Shown: in pieces, positions 50,158 through 60,263 of the stretch | How the letters are laid out: each line of letters begins with the position of its first letter | How positions within the stretch are numbered: the stretch's first letter is position 1 | Assembly: GCA_026195255.1 (NCBI GenBank) | Contig: JAPHSS010000026.1 | Location: 15,403 to 79,402, forward strand | From: Gammaproteobacteria bacterium | GTDB lineage: Bacteria; Pseudomonadota; Gammaproteobacteria; SZUA-229 | DNA: 64,000 bases | Direction of reading: 5' to 3' | The notes under the pieces: generated by a model | Databases searched by the model: none | What the model was told of the DNA's origin: nothing | What the model saw: the letters and a program-made list of their open reading frames with translations, nothing else | Translations under genes and position numbers: made by a program

Positions 50158-50844
50158 GTGTCATCTGATAGTTTGATTGAAATAAAAAATGATAGCGATA
50201 AAGAATCACGCCTGCGGATTAGTGAAATATTTTATTCCTTGCAGGGTGAGTCATCTTTTGTTGGTTTACCCACGGTATTTATCCGCCTGACGGGTTGTCC
50301 TTTACGCTGTGGTTACTGTGATACCGCATACGCCTTTACTGGCGGGCAGTGGATGCAGATCTCTGATATTCTTCAGCAAATAAAACAATACAATGCAAGA
50401 ACCGTGTGTGTTACAGGTGGTGAGCCTTTAGCGCAACGAGGCTGTGGCGAGTTGCTTAAACAATTGTCTGATGCAGATTATCAGGTATCTATTGAAACAT
50501 CGGGTTCCCTGGATATCTCGCAGGTGGATTCTCGTGTCAGTCGAATTATGGATATAAAAACACCAGGATCAGGTGAAGAGTCAAAAAATAAATATGCAAA
50601 TATTCAGTATTTAAATCAAGGTGATGAAGTTAAATTTGTTCTTTGTGACCGCCATGACTATGACTGGTCTAAAGAAATCATTAATAAATATAATTTGCTG
50701 GAAAAAACACAGGTACTTTTTTCACCAGTTCATGAAGGGGTTTCCCCGGCAGATTTGGCAGACTGGATTCTTACGGATCAGTTAAACGTAAGGTTCCAGT
50801 TTCAACTACATAAATTCTTATGGAATGATGAGCCCGGTCGCTAA
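50158..50844 (+). CDS. queE: 7-carboxy-7-deazaguanine synthase (radical SAM)
   Basis: CPLRCGYCDT CxxxCxxC cluster; GTG start. Confidence 0.85.
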   Translation: MSSDSLIEIKNDSDKESRLRISEIFYSLQGESSFVGLPTVFIRLTGCPLRCGYCDTAYAFTGGQWMQISDILQQIKQYNARTVCVTGGEPLAQRGCGELLKQLSDADYQVSIETSGSLDISQVDSRVSRIMDIKTPGSGEESKNKYANIQYLNQGDEVKFVLCDRHDYDWSKEIINKYNLLEKTQVLFSPVHEGVSPADLADWILTDQLNVRFQFQLHKFLWNDEPGR

Positions 50845-50891
50845 AAAATTGAAAGCCGATGCCAGAGAGAAGCAGGGTAAATATATAGTTT

Positions 50892-51581
50892 ATGAGTAAA
50901 AAAAAGAAAAAAGCAGTGTTACTGGTATCAGGTGGTTTAGATTCTGCTACCGTGTTAGCTATGGCTAAGGCACAGGGTTATGAGTGTTATGCATTGAGTT
51001 TTGATTATGGTCAAAAACATAATGCTGAGCTGAATGCGGCAAAAAAAATAACCCGGTTGTTTGGTGCTGTGCAACATCAAACCATGAAACTTGATTTAAA
51101 TGTATTTGGTGGTTCAGCTCTTACAGATGATGATATTGAAGTGCCCGTTGCGCAGACTGATGACACGGGTGGTATCCCCGTTACATATGTTCCCGCAAGA
51201 AATACAATATTTTTATCGATGGCACTAGCCTGGGCTGAAGTACTAAATTCAGATGATATATTCATTGGTGTAAACGCGGTGGATTATTCCGGTTACCCTG
51301 ATTGTCGGCCTGAATTTATTCATGCATTCGAAAGCATGGCAAACCTCGCTACTAAGGTAGGGGTTGAGGGGCATCACCTCAAAATACATACACCGTTAAT
51401 AAATATGAGCAAGGCGCAGATTATACAGGCAGGTTTAGAGCATGCAGTGGACTATTCATTAACGGTTTCCTGTTATTCTGCTGATCAGCAAGGCAGAGCA
51501 TGCGGTGTATGTGATTCATGTCAGCTAAGGCGTAAGGGCTTTGAGGAAGCGGGAGTAGCGGACCCAACTTTATATTCATAA
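50892..51581 (+). CDS. queC: 7-cyano-7-deazaguanine synthase
   Basis: PP-loop LLVSGGLDS and C-terminal Zn-binding Cys cluster. Confidence 0.9.
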   Translation: MSKKKKKAVLLVSGGLDSATVLAMAKAQGYECYALSFDYGQKHNAELNAAKKITRLFGAVQHQTMKLDLNVFGGSALTDDDIEVPVAQTDDTGGIPVTYVPARNTIFLSMALAWAEVLNSDDIFIGVNAVDYSGYPDCRPEFIHAFESMANLATKVGVEGHHLKIHTPLINMSKAQIIQAGLEHAVDYSLTVSCYSADQQGRACGVCDSCQLRRKGFEEAGVADPTLYS

Positions 51582-52126
51582 TTATTGCTGTAGCGTTAAC
51601 CTAAGGCTTTGTTATAGCCGAATGAATGTCTCAAGACCCCCAAATAACGGGTAGCATTTAAACGCGCTCTACGCGGCCGTTATTTAAACAGAAGAGTGCC
51701 TAAGTGTTGCAGGATGCACTAATAACCCGGTGGCTTTGGGTCTGCTTCTAAGATCACTATCTTCGCTGCAAGCATTTAAGAAGACAATTTTTTCGTTTAT
51801 TATTTTCTCGTCTAATTTAGTTAAGTGTACGTTTATAGCCTGCTGTATCAATTCGACAAATAATCTGACAACCGATTGACAGAAGACTAGTGATTTATAA
51901 TGTAGAAATTAAACGATTTATTGACTTGTAATTTTGAGTGATTGAGGTAATATACGCGCCTTCTTGAGGAGCCAGGCTTCTTAAAAGAGCATTCCCAGTT
52001 TATGGGTTGTTAGCCCAGTTGGGTAAATAGCGAATGAGCTATTTACGCGTAACAGGAAGTTTCGCAGGTTATGCGCAGTGAGGACAGGAGTCCGAACGCC
52101 AGTAAAGATTGTTAAATATAGAATAT

Positions 52127-52202
52127 GGGCCGTTAGCTCAGTTGGTAGAGCAGTGGACTTTTAATCCATTGGTCCCGCGTTCGAGTCGCGGACGGCCCAC
52201 CA
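52127..52202 (+). tRNA. tRNA-Lys (anticodon UUU)
   Basis: 76 nt; cloverleaf with anticodon loop CUUUUAA and encoded CCA; near-identical to E. coli lysT; follows the tol-pal-cpoB region as in E. coli. Confidence 0.95.
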
Positions 52203-52210
52203 TATAAAAC

Positions 52211-52250
52211 AAAGACCTAGCTAATAAATAGCTAGGTCTTTGTCGTTTAT
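52211..52250 (+). terminator. Rho-independent terminator after tRNA-Lys
   Basis: 12-bp perfect stem AAAGACCTAGCT / AGCTAGGTCTTT followed by a T-rich tract. Confidence 0.7.
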
Positions 52251-52390
52251 AAAGGTGTTTCTTTACATCTTTATGTTGCAGGCTGAGTCTGATTTTATTA
52301 ATTTTTGATAACAACAGGTTAATGTCTGGCTTGAGACGCTCTACAAGAGTCACCGTGTAAAATTTAAGAAAGAATAATTAGGAAAATCAA

Positions 52391-52576
52391 ATGATAAAAG
52401 TCGTTTTAGCTAATGTGATGGCATTATGTGTTTATTTGTTCGTATTAACTAATTTATGGGATGTTATGCCCTCTGATATCGGGCTATTGGCCCGCTTGTT
52501 TGGTTTTGGTTTGATACTACTATCACCATTTATAACATACAGCTTATATAGAAGAAATTTAGCCTATTGGAATTAG
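52391..52576 (+). CDS. hypothetical small two-helix membrane protein (61 aa)
   Basis: AGGAAAA RBS; two hydrophobic helices. Confidence 0.3.
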   Translation: MIKVVLANVMALCVYLFVLTNLWDVMPSDIGLLARLFGFGLILLSPFITYSLYRRNLAYWN

Positions 52577-52611
52577 TAAAATAGTTATCAGTAAAGCTGA
52601 TACCAATAAAC

Positions 52612-52642
52612 AGACAAAAAAAAGCCCGATTCAAAAGAGTCG
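52612..52642. terminator. bidirectional hairpin terminator between the convergent small ORF and soxA
   Basis: GCCCGAUUC / GAGUCGGGC stem flanked by A-run and T-run. Confidence 0.55.
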
Positions 52643-52670
52643 GGCTTTTTTATTTGAGGCGTAAACTAAA

Positions 52671-53564
52671 TTACTTACGCACACCAGGGCCGTTCATAGT
52701 CAGGCCATTGCTCATATAAGTATGGAAATACTCAAGTGCACGGTACTCTGCGCTTTGAGCCTTAAATGGCTTAGCACGTACCTGCTTGTTACAACCGCCA
52801 TAACGACGGTGTAATGTACCCATACCATCACCCGAAGAGTTCGCCAGTGACCATTTGTTACGGTAAACAGGGAAGTGTGATGTCTGGCCTATAGCAGGGC
52901 TAAGGATATCAGCACGAACTTTACCGCCGGCATTATAGTAGTGACAATCAGCACATGACATATTTAACTGGCCACGTTTCGCATAAAAATGCTTCTTGCC
53001 GCGCTCATATTCCGCCATCGATTCAGGAGAATCAACAATTTGAACATTGCCTTTATGGCCACGTGATTTGTAAGCAAGGTAAGCAGTTAAATGAGCCATT
53101 TTACCTGTTTTATATTTCAGTGGTTTCTCGCCATTCTTTTCACGGCATTCGTTAATGGCTACTTCTAGCGTTACAACTTCACCACGTTTCTCACTGAAAT
53201 AAGGGAAGTTTTGCTTGATACCTTTTTCAGCCTGAGGGAAACAGCTAGAGTAGGTTTTGCCATTCTTGAATGGTGTGTTGAAAATATCTTCACCTTTATC
53301 AACATAGATTTCATACGGAGGGAAGTCTTCAAAAGCCTCCCATTGCTCACGTGATGCCTTATCTACTGAATAAACACCATTTGTGAAGTCCTGTAACGGG
53401 ACTGATGGAAACTTTTTAGTAAAGTGGTCTCTGAAATCTTTCAGATCCTGGTCCGGGTTTGCAGCTATACCAGCAAGTGGTGCAATTAGCATGCAAAGCG
53501 CAGAGACAATAACTGCAACTTTCTTCATAATTTTTACCTTTTGTGTGTCCGAGGTTTGATTCAA
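52671..53564 (-). CDS. soxA: SoxA cytochrome c (L-cysteine S-thiosulfotransferase subunit)
   Basis: Heme motif CADCH and SoxA-type GGCNKQ region; signal peptide; true start probably at the internal MKKVAV. Confidence 0.85.
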   Translation of the reverse strand: MNQTSDTQKVKIMKKVAVIVSALCMLIAPLAGIAANPDQDLKDFRDHFTKKFPSVPLQDFTNGVYSVDKASREQWEAFEDFPPYEIYVDKGEDIFNTPFKNGKTYSSCFPQAEKGIKQNFPYFSEKRGEVVTLEVAINECREKNGEKPLKYKTGKMAHLTAYLAYKSRGHKGNVQIVDSPESMAEYERGKKHFYAKRGQLNMSCADCHYYNAGGKVRADILSPAIGQTSHFPVYRNKWSLANSSGDGMGTLHRRYGGCNKQVRAKPFKAQSAEYRALEYFHTYMSNGLTMNGPGVRK

Positions 53565-53585
53565 AACTTATAATAGTTACAAAGC

Positions 53586-53900
53586 CTACTTAATTTTGGC
53601 TTCTACTGAATCGCTTTCACCTTTATTGTCCACCCAGCTCATTTTCAAGGTGTCGCCTTTTTTAGCGCCATTGAATTTAAATGACAAGTATGGGTTTTTA
53701 GAGATAGCAGTACCCCAGTCAGCATTCAATACATCATTGCCGTTATGGCTACATGTAACTTCCTGAATGAAGTGGGCAGGTATCATTTTGCCGGTTTTTT
53801 TGTTTTTACGTTGGCCGGTTTCCATAGCGTGACTAATCAGTGCTTTAACAACTGTTGTCTCACCTTTAACCTTAGCGCGTACTTTTATTGATTTAGCCAT
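53586..53900 (-). CDS. soxZ: SoxZ sulfur-compound chelating protein
   Basis: 104 aa, SoxZ-like sequence, adjacent to soxY. Confidence 0.85.
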   Translation of the reverse strand: MAKSIKVRAKVKGETTVVKALISHAMETGQRKNKKTGKMIPAHFIQEVTCSHNGNDVLNADWGTAISKNPYLSFKFNGAKKGDTLKMSWVDNKGESDSVEAKIK

Positions 53901-53955
53901 TATTTTAATTCCTCTAAGATATTTTTACCTAATCAGCGATATTTCCTGATAGGTG

Positions 53956-54426
53956 TTAGCCGCCGCAGCCGCCTATAGTAACTTTAACTTCTTTTTTAGC
54001 GCTATATAGTTTGCCGTTAGCTTTAACAACAACTACCAGGTCAGATGTTGTACTCATTTTTACACGAGTAGAAACAAAACCTTCAGCGCCTTTGCCCATT
54101 TTGAATGTGGCAGTTAAAGGTGTAGGGTTCTTAGAAATAAGCAGGCTAATTGATTCAGTGCCAGCAATTTTACTAGTTACTGTAATAGGTACTACAGCAC
54201 CATTTTCTGCGATTTCAGGCGCTTTTAAAGCAATATCTGAACTCTCAGTTGTCGCGCTGCTACCAAATGCATTATTAATAGCGGTGTCAACATCAGTTGC
54301 AGCAAATGCTGCTTTAGGCCATGCAGCCATAACTGCGCGGGGAGTGATAAGACCTGCACTTACAGCAACGCCAAATGCGCCTGCTGCGGCAGAGCTCTTA
54401 ATAAAAGATCTACGTTTAGTGTTCAT
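53956..54426 (-). CDS. soxY: SoxY sulfur carrier protein
   Basis: Tat signal RRSFIK; C-terminal GGCGG swinging-arm motif. Confidence 0.9.
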   Translation of the reverse strand: MNTKRRSFIKSSAAAGAFGVAVSAGLITPRAVMAAWPKAAFAATDVDTAINNAFGSSATTESSDIALKAPEIAENGAVVPITVTSKIAGTESISLLISKNPTPLTATFKMGKGAEGFVSTRVKMSTTSDLVVVVKANGKLYSAKKEVKVTIGGCGG

Positions 54427-54447
54427 TATTTTTACCTTAAATATTTT

Positions 54448-54834
54448 TTATAATGAGTATACAAACTCAACAACTTTGTCTATTTCAGCATCACTTAATA
54501 TTTCGTGACTGCCAAATGGAGGCATCATAGTGTTGGGATTAGCCGTACGGGAATCATATATCTGTGCCCGAAGTTTACTCTTGTCAGGGAACCTGTCTTT
54601 CATTGCTACCCCTTCGATAGACAATGCGGGACCGATGTTACCGGCTAGTTTGCCACCTTTAATAACGTGGCATGACAGGCAATTACCTTTCTTTCTATTG
54701 AAGGCAATTTTCTTGCCTTCAGCAATTGCCGAAGCGTCCTCTGCAATAGAGATGCTCGGCAATGAGAAAGCTAGTGTACCCAGCAATGCAGCAACAGATG
54801 TTGCTGTAGAAATGGTTTTAGCGGTGTACCGCAT
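54448..54834 (-). CDS. soxX: SoxX monoheme cytochrome c
   Basis: CLSCH heme-binding motif; first gene of the soxXYZA operon. Confidence 0.8.
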   Translation of the reverse strand: MRYTAKTISTATSVAALLGTLAFSLPSISIAEDASAIAEGKKIAFNRKKGNCLSCHVIKGGKLAGNIGPALSIEGVAMKDRFPDKSKLRAQIYDSRTANPNTMMPPFGSHEILSDAEIDKVVEFVYSL

Positions 54835-55106
54835 AATTCACTCCTCAGTGTTTTTGATTACGTGGAAAAAAGACTCAGTTTATAGATAGCAGTCAGTTTA
54901 TATTTATTCCATTATTTTCTGAAGATTATTAATTAAAAGCCCGGTTTCTTTATTTGCGGCCTGGTTTCTGATTAATATCTTTATGCTAACTTATAATTAT
55001 TATGTATTAAACTGAAGTTGTTAGCATACTGAAAACACGGTCGATAGCAAGAAAAATGTATGCCTATCAATATGTTATATATATCTAATATTAGAAATAA
55101 CTAATG

Positions 55107-56558
55107 TTACCCCCTGCTTTCTTTTCTTTGTTTTTGAATTTGTAAATGTAACTCCTGTTTTCTTGATTCAAGTCTTTGAATAGTAAGCTTATTTAATTCT
55201 GGTTGACGCAGGGCATTATTAATTTGCTGAATAGCCAGGTTAGTATAACCTTCGAGTTCATACTCATAACTCGTTGCTTCAAGTGCCAGAGAGGTTTGTC
55301 CTTTTGAGAAATAAGCTTTTGCAAGGGTGTTATAAACAATCGGTTGTTTTTTAGTCCGTAGTTGCAGATTAAGTAATGAGATGGCTTCTTCACTTTGCTT
55401 TGCACTGATAAGACTTTCTGCGTATCGAATTGATACCGGCAGGTAATTTGGAAATAAGGTGTTCAGTTTCTTTAATGTAGTTAATGCCAAGCTGTCTTTT
55501 TCAGCTGCGCGATATGCATCAGCAAGCGCTAATTCTATCCAGGGATGAGAGTTGCTCTGGCTTATTTCTGATAGAAGTCTAATCGCTTTATCAGTCTGCT
55601 TGTTTTTAATATATGCGATGCCCAGAGTATATTGAGATACGAGATTTACTTTATCCGCGTTAAATTGTTCAATCTGGTTTATCAGTTGTTGCGCGGAGTT
55701 GCTCATTTCCACAAGTATGCGAGCACGCATTAATTGAAAATCGAGGCTGTCATCAGGTAAATGTCTATCTTTAGGTGTAATACGGTTTCGCGCCTCTGCT
55801 ATTCGAGTAGTGCTCAGTGGGTGAGTGCGTAAATATTCCATCTTGGCGATAATATTATCTGTTTCGGATTTTTGTAAAAGGGTTTCAAAAAAACCAGCCA
55901 TGCCTTCCGGGTTTATACCAGCATCTGTAAGTACAGCTATGCCAATGCGATCCGCTTCATGCTCATTGGCGCGGGTAAAATTGATCTGTGATTGCATAAG
56001 CGCAGCAGATCCACCGTAAATAATGGCGGCCCCCGCTTCAGGATTTTGAGACGCAACCAGAATGCCGGCAAGAATGGTTGCAAACATGGTGGCAGGGTTA
56101 ACATTAGATTCCGTCATTGCCCGGGCAAGGTGTCTTTGAGTAACATGAGATATTTCATGTGCCATTACACCAGCTAGTTCACTTTCGTTCTTTGCAGAAA
56201 TAATTAAGCCTGTATGAAAGCCTATATTGGCATCAGGACCGGCAAAAGCATTTATATTTGCAACTTTTATTACAAATATACGAATTTTTTTATCAGGTTG
56301 GCTACTATGAGAAATTAACTTTTGACCCAGGTTGGTCATATAGTCATTTACTTCCAGGTCGGTAACAAAAGGCACGCTGGCTTTTATTGTGCGATAAAAC
56401 TGGTTACCCATTAAATGTTCACGATAAGGCGTGAGCTCCTGTTGGGTCGGGTCACCCAGTACGGGTAATTCTGCCTTGCTATATGGAGAAACGTTTAACA
56501 GTAAAATTGAAATAAAGGTGCGTAAATAAGTTTTTGGGTGCATCTGAGCATTATACAA
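55107..56558 (-). CDS. bepA: M48 metalloprotease with TPR domain (BepA/YfgC-like)
   Basis: HEISH zinc motif, signal peptide, C-terminal TPR repeats. Confidence 0.8.
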   Translation of the reverse strand: MYNAQMHPKTYLRTFISILLLNVSPYSKAELPVLGDPTQQELTPYREHLMGNQFYRTIKASVPFVTDLEVNDYMTNLGQKLISHSSQPDKKIRIFVIKVANINAFAGPDANIGFHTGLIISAKNESELAGVMAHEISHVTQRHLARAMTESNVNPATMFATILAGILVASQNPEAGAAIIYGGSAALMQSQINFTRANEHEADRIGIAVLTDAGINPEGMAGFFETLLQKSETDNIIAKMEYLRTHPLSTTRIAEARNRITPKDRHLPDDSLDFQLMRARILVEMSNSAQQLINQIEQFNADKVNLVSQYTLGIAYIKNKQTDKAIRLLSEISQSNSHPWIELALADAYRAAEKDSLALTTLKKLNTLFPNYLPVSIRYAESLISAKQSEEAISLLNLQLRTKKQPIVYNTLAKAYFSKGQTSLALEATSYEYELEGYTNLAIQQINNALRQPELNKLTIQRLESRKQELHLQIQKQRKESRG

Positions 56559-56692
56559 AAAAGTGTACTTTTATGACCACAGGTTTTAAATAAAGTGCAA
56601 ATTTGTTTAAGAATTAAATAAACAGACTGCCTGTATGAGGTTATATTTTCGTCAGGGTGATGATGCCTAAACGTTTTACTAAAATTAAGCAA

Positions 56693-56722
56693 AAAAAAGC
56701 ACCCGTCCGGGTGCTTTTTCTT
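56693..56722 (-). terminator. hairpin terminator downstream of the dsrE-like gene
   Basis: AGCACCCG / CGGGTGCT stem followed by a T-run. Confidence 0.5.
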
Positions 56723-56741
56723 AATCTCAATTAGTCTATTA

Positions 56742-57254
56742 TTAGATAAATAGTGATTGTGTCGCGTCTGAAGCTTCTTCAAAGTAAGTTGCAGCACCTA
56801 CGTATTCAACACCATCGATAAATACATCAGTGTTATAACCGAATAGTTCAACTGTCATCTGGCAAGCAAGGAATTTAACTTCTGCTTCCTGGCAAAGTTC
56901 ACGTAACTCAGCGATAGATGCAACACCGCAATTAGCGATAGTCTTTTTCATTAATGTAGTAGCAATGCTGTCCATAAAAGGGATATTCCACATTACATTA
57001 GGAATTTTAGGGCCAAAATCGATCTTTCTTAACCATTGGGGGCCCATAGGCATTTTCATTGGCATAGAAGGGTTACCCGTTGGGGTCACTTTTAGTGTGC
57101 TTGTGTCTTTTAACAGCAGGTTAAGTCCGTAGAATGTATAAAATACAGAAACTGTCATACCAAGTGCAGCTGCAGTACTGGCTAGAATGAAGGGAGGGTA
57201 CGCCCAGTCTAGTGTGCCTTTGGTTGCGATAATGGTTAGCTTTGGGTCGCTCAT
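56742..57254 (-). CDS. DsrE/DsrF-like (DsrE2-type) sulfur-relay family protein
   Basis: 170 aa; TKGTLDWAYPPFILASTAAA and VKFLACQMTV conserved-Cys region typical of DsrE2 proteins in sulfur oxidisers. Confidence 0.7.
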   Translation of the reverse strand: MSDPKLTIIATKGTLDWAYPPFILASTAAALGMTVSVFYTFYGLNLLLKDTSTLKVTPTGNPSMPMKMPMGPQWLRKIDFGPKIPNVMWNIPFMDSIATTLMKKTIANCGVASIAELRELCQEAEVKFLACQMTVELFGYNTDVFIDGVEYVGAATYFEEASDATQSLFI

Positions 57255-57674
57255 GTGAAATCTCTCCTCAATTAAAGATCCTGGTTAATGGCTCATGGCT
57301 GGGTATTCGCTGATGCTAATTGACGCCAGATTATCGCCGAAAAACCATACATATAAAAAAATTAGTCGATCGTATTAGTTTTCAAAGTCTAACCTTACAA
57401 TTGAATGTCAATAAAAGGCAAGTATTACGATAATATTTTTTTAGTCAAGCAGATAAAAGGTTGATGATAAAAAAGCAGATTATCTCCACGCAATGTCATA
57501 ACATATTGATAAATATAATTATTTGTTTCTTGCATGGTAAATGGGCAACGACCAGATACTGTGTATTAGTATTTGCTAATTTTTCGAGGGTGCTTTAAGT
57601 CTTGCCTAAGGGATTAAATTAATGAGAGAATAGCCCAGTTATATTAATATATTATAATATTAGGTTAATACATT

Positions 57675-57995
57675 ATGTTTGGTGTTAAAGAATTAGATGT
57701 TGATACACTTCAGTCGTATATCGATGAAGGTAAAAAGATCCGTTTACTGGATGTGCGGGGCTTAGGTGAAATGGCGCAAGGCATGATTCCTAATGCTGAA
57801 AAATTACCCTTACATACATTACCTGCTCGCCTGAATGAAATAGGCACGGATGAAATCACGGTTCTTTATTGTCGAAGTGGTGCGCGCTCTGCACAGGGTG
57901 TTGGTTATATGGCACAGCAAGGCTTCGATAATGTTTATAACTTGCGTGGTGGTATTATTGCCTGGGCACGAAATGGTATGCCGTTAATGTCGTAA
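57675..57995 (+). CDS. single-domain rhodanese (thiosulfate sulfurtransferase-like)
   Basis: 106 aa, active-site loop YCRSGARS. Confidence 0.8.
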   Translation: MFGVKELDVDTLQSYIDEGKKIRLLDVRGLGEMAQGMIPNAEKLPLHTLPARLNEIGTDEITVLYCRSGARSAQGVGYMAQQGFDNVYNLRGGIIAWARNGMPLMS

Positions 57996-58020
57996 TTAAT
58001 ACTTTAAGATATATTGTAAA

Positions 58021-58048
58021 AAGCGCTCCTTGTGAGCGCTTTTTTATT
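58021..58048 (+). terminator. Rho-independent terminator after the rhodanese gene
   Basis: AAGCGCTC / GAGCGCTT stem followed by a T-run. Confidence 0.7.
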
Positions 58049-58083
58049 GTCTGGCTTTTTACTTATGGACCTTCTTTATGGAC

Positions 58084-58254
58084 CGTCTCCATCGGGGAAA
58101 GGTTGACGTTTTTTGGCACCCTGAGCTTCACCCTGTCCCCTTAATCTATACCACCAAGAGCTGAAAGTGTAGTGAGTCGATTCCGTAAAACTCTTGATGG
58201 CATCACAACAGGGGACAGGGCGCAAAAAGCGCGACCTTTCCCCGATGGAGACGT
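58084..58254 (+). repeat. copy 2 of the rod-like hairpin element (MITE/ERIC-like)
   Basis: Outer arms CGTCTCCATCGGGGAAAGGT / ACCTTTCCCCGATGGAGACG are reverse complements; same conserved internal blocks as the copy at 9259-9401; same orientation. Confidence 0.6.
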
Positions 58255-58696
58255 TCAATGACAGCAGAATACAATGATTTAATCTTGTCGACGGTAATTT
58301 ACAGAGTTAAGCGATTCTGCTATCAAATCAGTTCTGCTGATTAATTTTTAAATAAAAATAAAATTTTAATCATTTTTATATTAAACATTTAACGCACAAC
58401 TGAGATGAAATTAGAGTAGTAAAAGTGTTTTTTAATAAATCATATATTATTATATTTAAATATTCTTATTTAATAACTTAACTAAAGAATATTGATCATT
58501 TATTGATTAATTACAATTTTTCTACTAAAACACTTTAAAAGAACTACATTTCTCTTTTATTTTATTGACTTTAAACAGGTGTTTTGAGATCGTTCCGCAC
58601 CAGCAAGGGCTCGCTTTTTAAGTTGTCAGGATACAGCATCAAAAAAATAAATTTAGCGCAGTAAAGCGCACAACTCTCAATTTGAGGATTACAATT

Positions 58697-60022
58697 ATGT
58701 CACGTGGTATTAAGAAGTCCTTAATCGCCCTTTCAGTTTCAGGCGTTTTATTCGCCCCATCAGCATTTGCTACAAATGGTTATTTTTCACATGGTTACAG
58801 TACATCAGAAAAAGGTTTGGCTGGTGCAGGTGTTGCACACTCTTCTGATTCACTAGCTTCAGCAACTAACCCCGCAGGTTTAGTTAAAGTAGGTAGTCGC
58901 ATGGATGTAGGTGCGGCGCTCTTTAACCCAAATCGTCAATACACAATTGAAGGTGCTCCGAATCCTCCACCTGCATTTGGTTTGGCTCCAGGAACTTACG
59001 AAAGTGACCACTCTTTATTTCTAATACCGCATATTGGTTATAACTCAATGATAGATGACTCCAGTTCATGGGGAATTGCCGCTTATGGTAATGGTGGTAT
59101 GAATTCAAGTTATAGTGGTGCCGATGTGCCGCCGGCAGGAACGTTTTATGGTGGTACAGCCGGTGTAAATCTGTCTCAGTTATTCATTAATTTATCTTAC
59201 TCAAAGCAGCTCAATGACAAACACTCTGTTGGTGCAAGTGCTATTTTTGCTTACCAGATGTTTAAAGCTGATGGTTTAGGTGCTTTTGGAGCTCAGGGTT
59301 ATTCAAATGATGATACCAAGCTGACGAATAAAGGCGATGACACATCTATGGGGTTTGGTGTAAAGCTGGGTTGGCAGGGTGAGATTACTCAAGCAATTAC
59401 TTTAGGTGTGTCTTATCAATCTGAAATGGCAATGAGTGAATTTGACGATTACGCGGGTTTGTTTGCAGAACAGGGTGATTTTGATATTCCTGCATCAGCA
59501 ACACTTGGCCTGGCCTGGAAAACCAGTAAGTCATCTACTTTAGTTTTTGATATCCAGCAAATCTATTATAGTGATGTAGCATCGATAGGTAATGGTATTG
59601 AAAATTTATTTGCATGTGCGGCTGCGGGTAGTGCGCCTCAACCGACATGTTTAGGTGGTTCGAACGGTGCTGGTTTTGGCTGGGATGATATGACTGTATT
59701 CAAACTGGGTTATGAATGGGGTGACGATATTACCTGGCGTGTAGGTGTTAGTACAACAGATCAGCCAATACAGGGCGGCGGCGAAACCACACCTCCACCT
59801 AATGGTAGTCAGGTACTTTTCAATATATTAGCACCTGGTGTAGTTGAAACTCATATCACGGCGGGTATGACCATGCCTTTAGGTTCAAATTCAGAAATTT
59901 CATTTGCTGCTATGTATGCACCGAGTACTTCTGTGAAAGGTAGTACGCAGTTTGATGCGCAGACAGCTGAGTTAGAAATGGATCAGTTTGAGCTTCAGGG
60001 TACTTACACAATGAAGTTCTAA
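58697..60022 (+). CDS. OMPP1/FadL/TodX-family outer-membrane hydrophobic-compound channel
   Basis: ATG at 58697 with GAGGA RBS; signal peptide; FadL-like N-terminal GLAGAGVA...NPAGL; C-terminal Phe. Confidence 0.6.
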   Translation: MSRGIKKSLIALSVSGVLFAPSAFATNGYFSHGYSTSEKGLAGAGVAHSSDSLASATNPAGLVKVGSRMDVGAALFNPNRQYTIEGAPNPPPAFGLAPGTYESDHSLFLIPHIGYNSMIDDSSSWGIAAYGNGGMNSSYSGADVPPAGTFYGGTAGVNLSQLFINLSYSKQLNDKHSVGASAIFAYQMFKADGLGAFGAQGYSNDDTKLTNKGDDTSMGFGVKLGWQGEITQAITLGVSYQSEMAMSEFDDYAGLFAEQGDFDIPASATLGLAWKTSKSSTLVFDIQQIYYSDVASIGNGIENLFACAAAGSAPQPTCLGGSNGAGFGWDDMTVFKLGYEWGDDITWRVGVSTTDQPIQGGGETTPPPNGSQVLFNILAPGVVETHITAGMTMPLGSNSEISFAAMYAPSTSVKGSTQFDAQTAELEMDQFELQGTYTMKF

Positions 60023-60052
60023 AATAGCCTATAAAAATATTTATATGCTAAA

Positions 60053-60082
60053 AAGCCGCGCATTACAGCGCGGCTTTTTTTA
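60053..60082 (+). terminator. Rho-independent terminator after the porin gene
   Basis: AAAGCCGCGC / GCGCGGCTTT stem followed by T7. Confidence 0.7.
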
Positions 60083-60263
60083 TGTCAAAAATTATTAAAC
60101 GCAAAACATTGAAAATAAGAAAATAACCAATTACTTAAATACAATTGAGATTAATTTTTCCGTTGACAAGTACTAGGTCAGACGTATATTTTGATCGCAC
60201 GTTGTTAATGCGTGATCCTACATAAAACACACCTTATCGACATAAGGGAACGGAGTTATAAAA

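Noticed and set aside
52009-52060. tRNA-like fragment GGGTTGTTAGCCCAGTTGGGTAAATAGCGAATGAGCTATTT in the leader upstream of tRNA-Lys
   Set aside because: It has an acceptor/D-arm-like start and an anticodon-like hairpin, but no canonical T-arm and no U33. At most it is a degraded tRNA remnant or leader hairpin, so it was not called as a gene.
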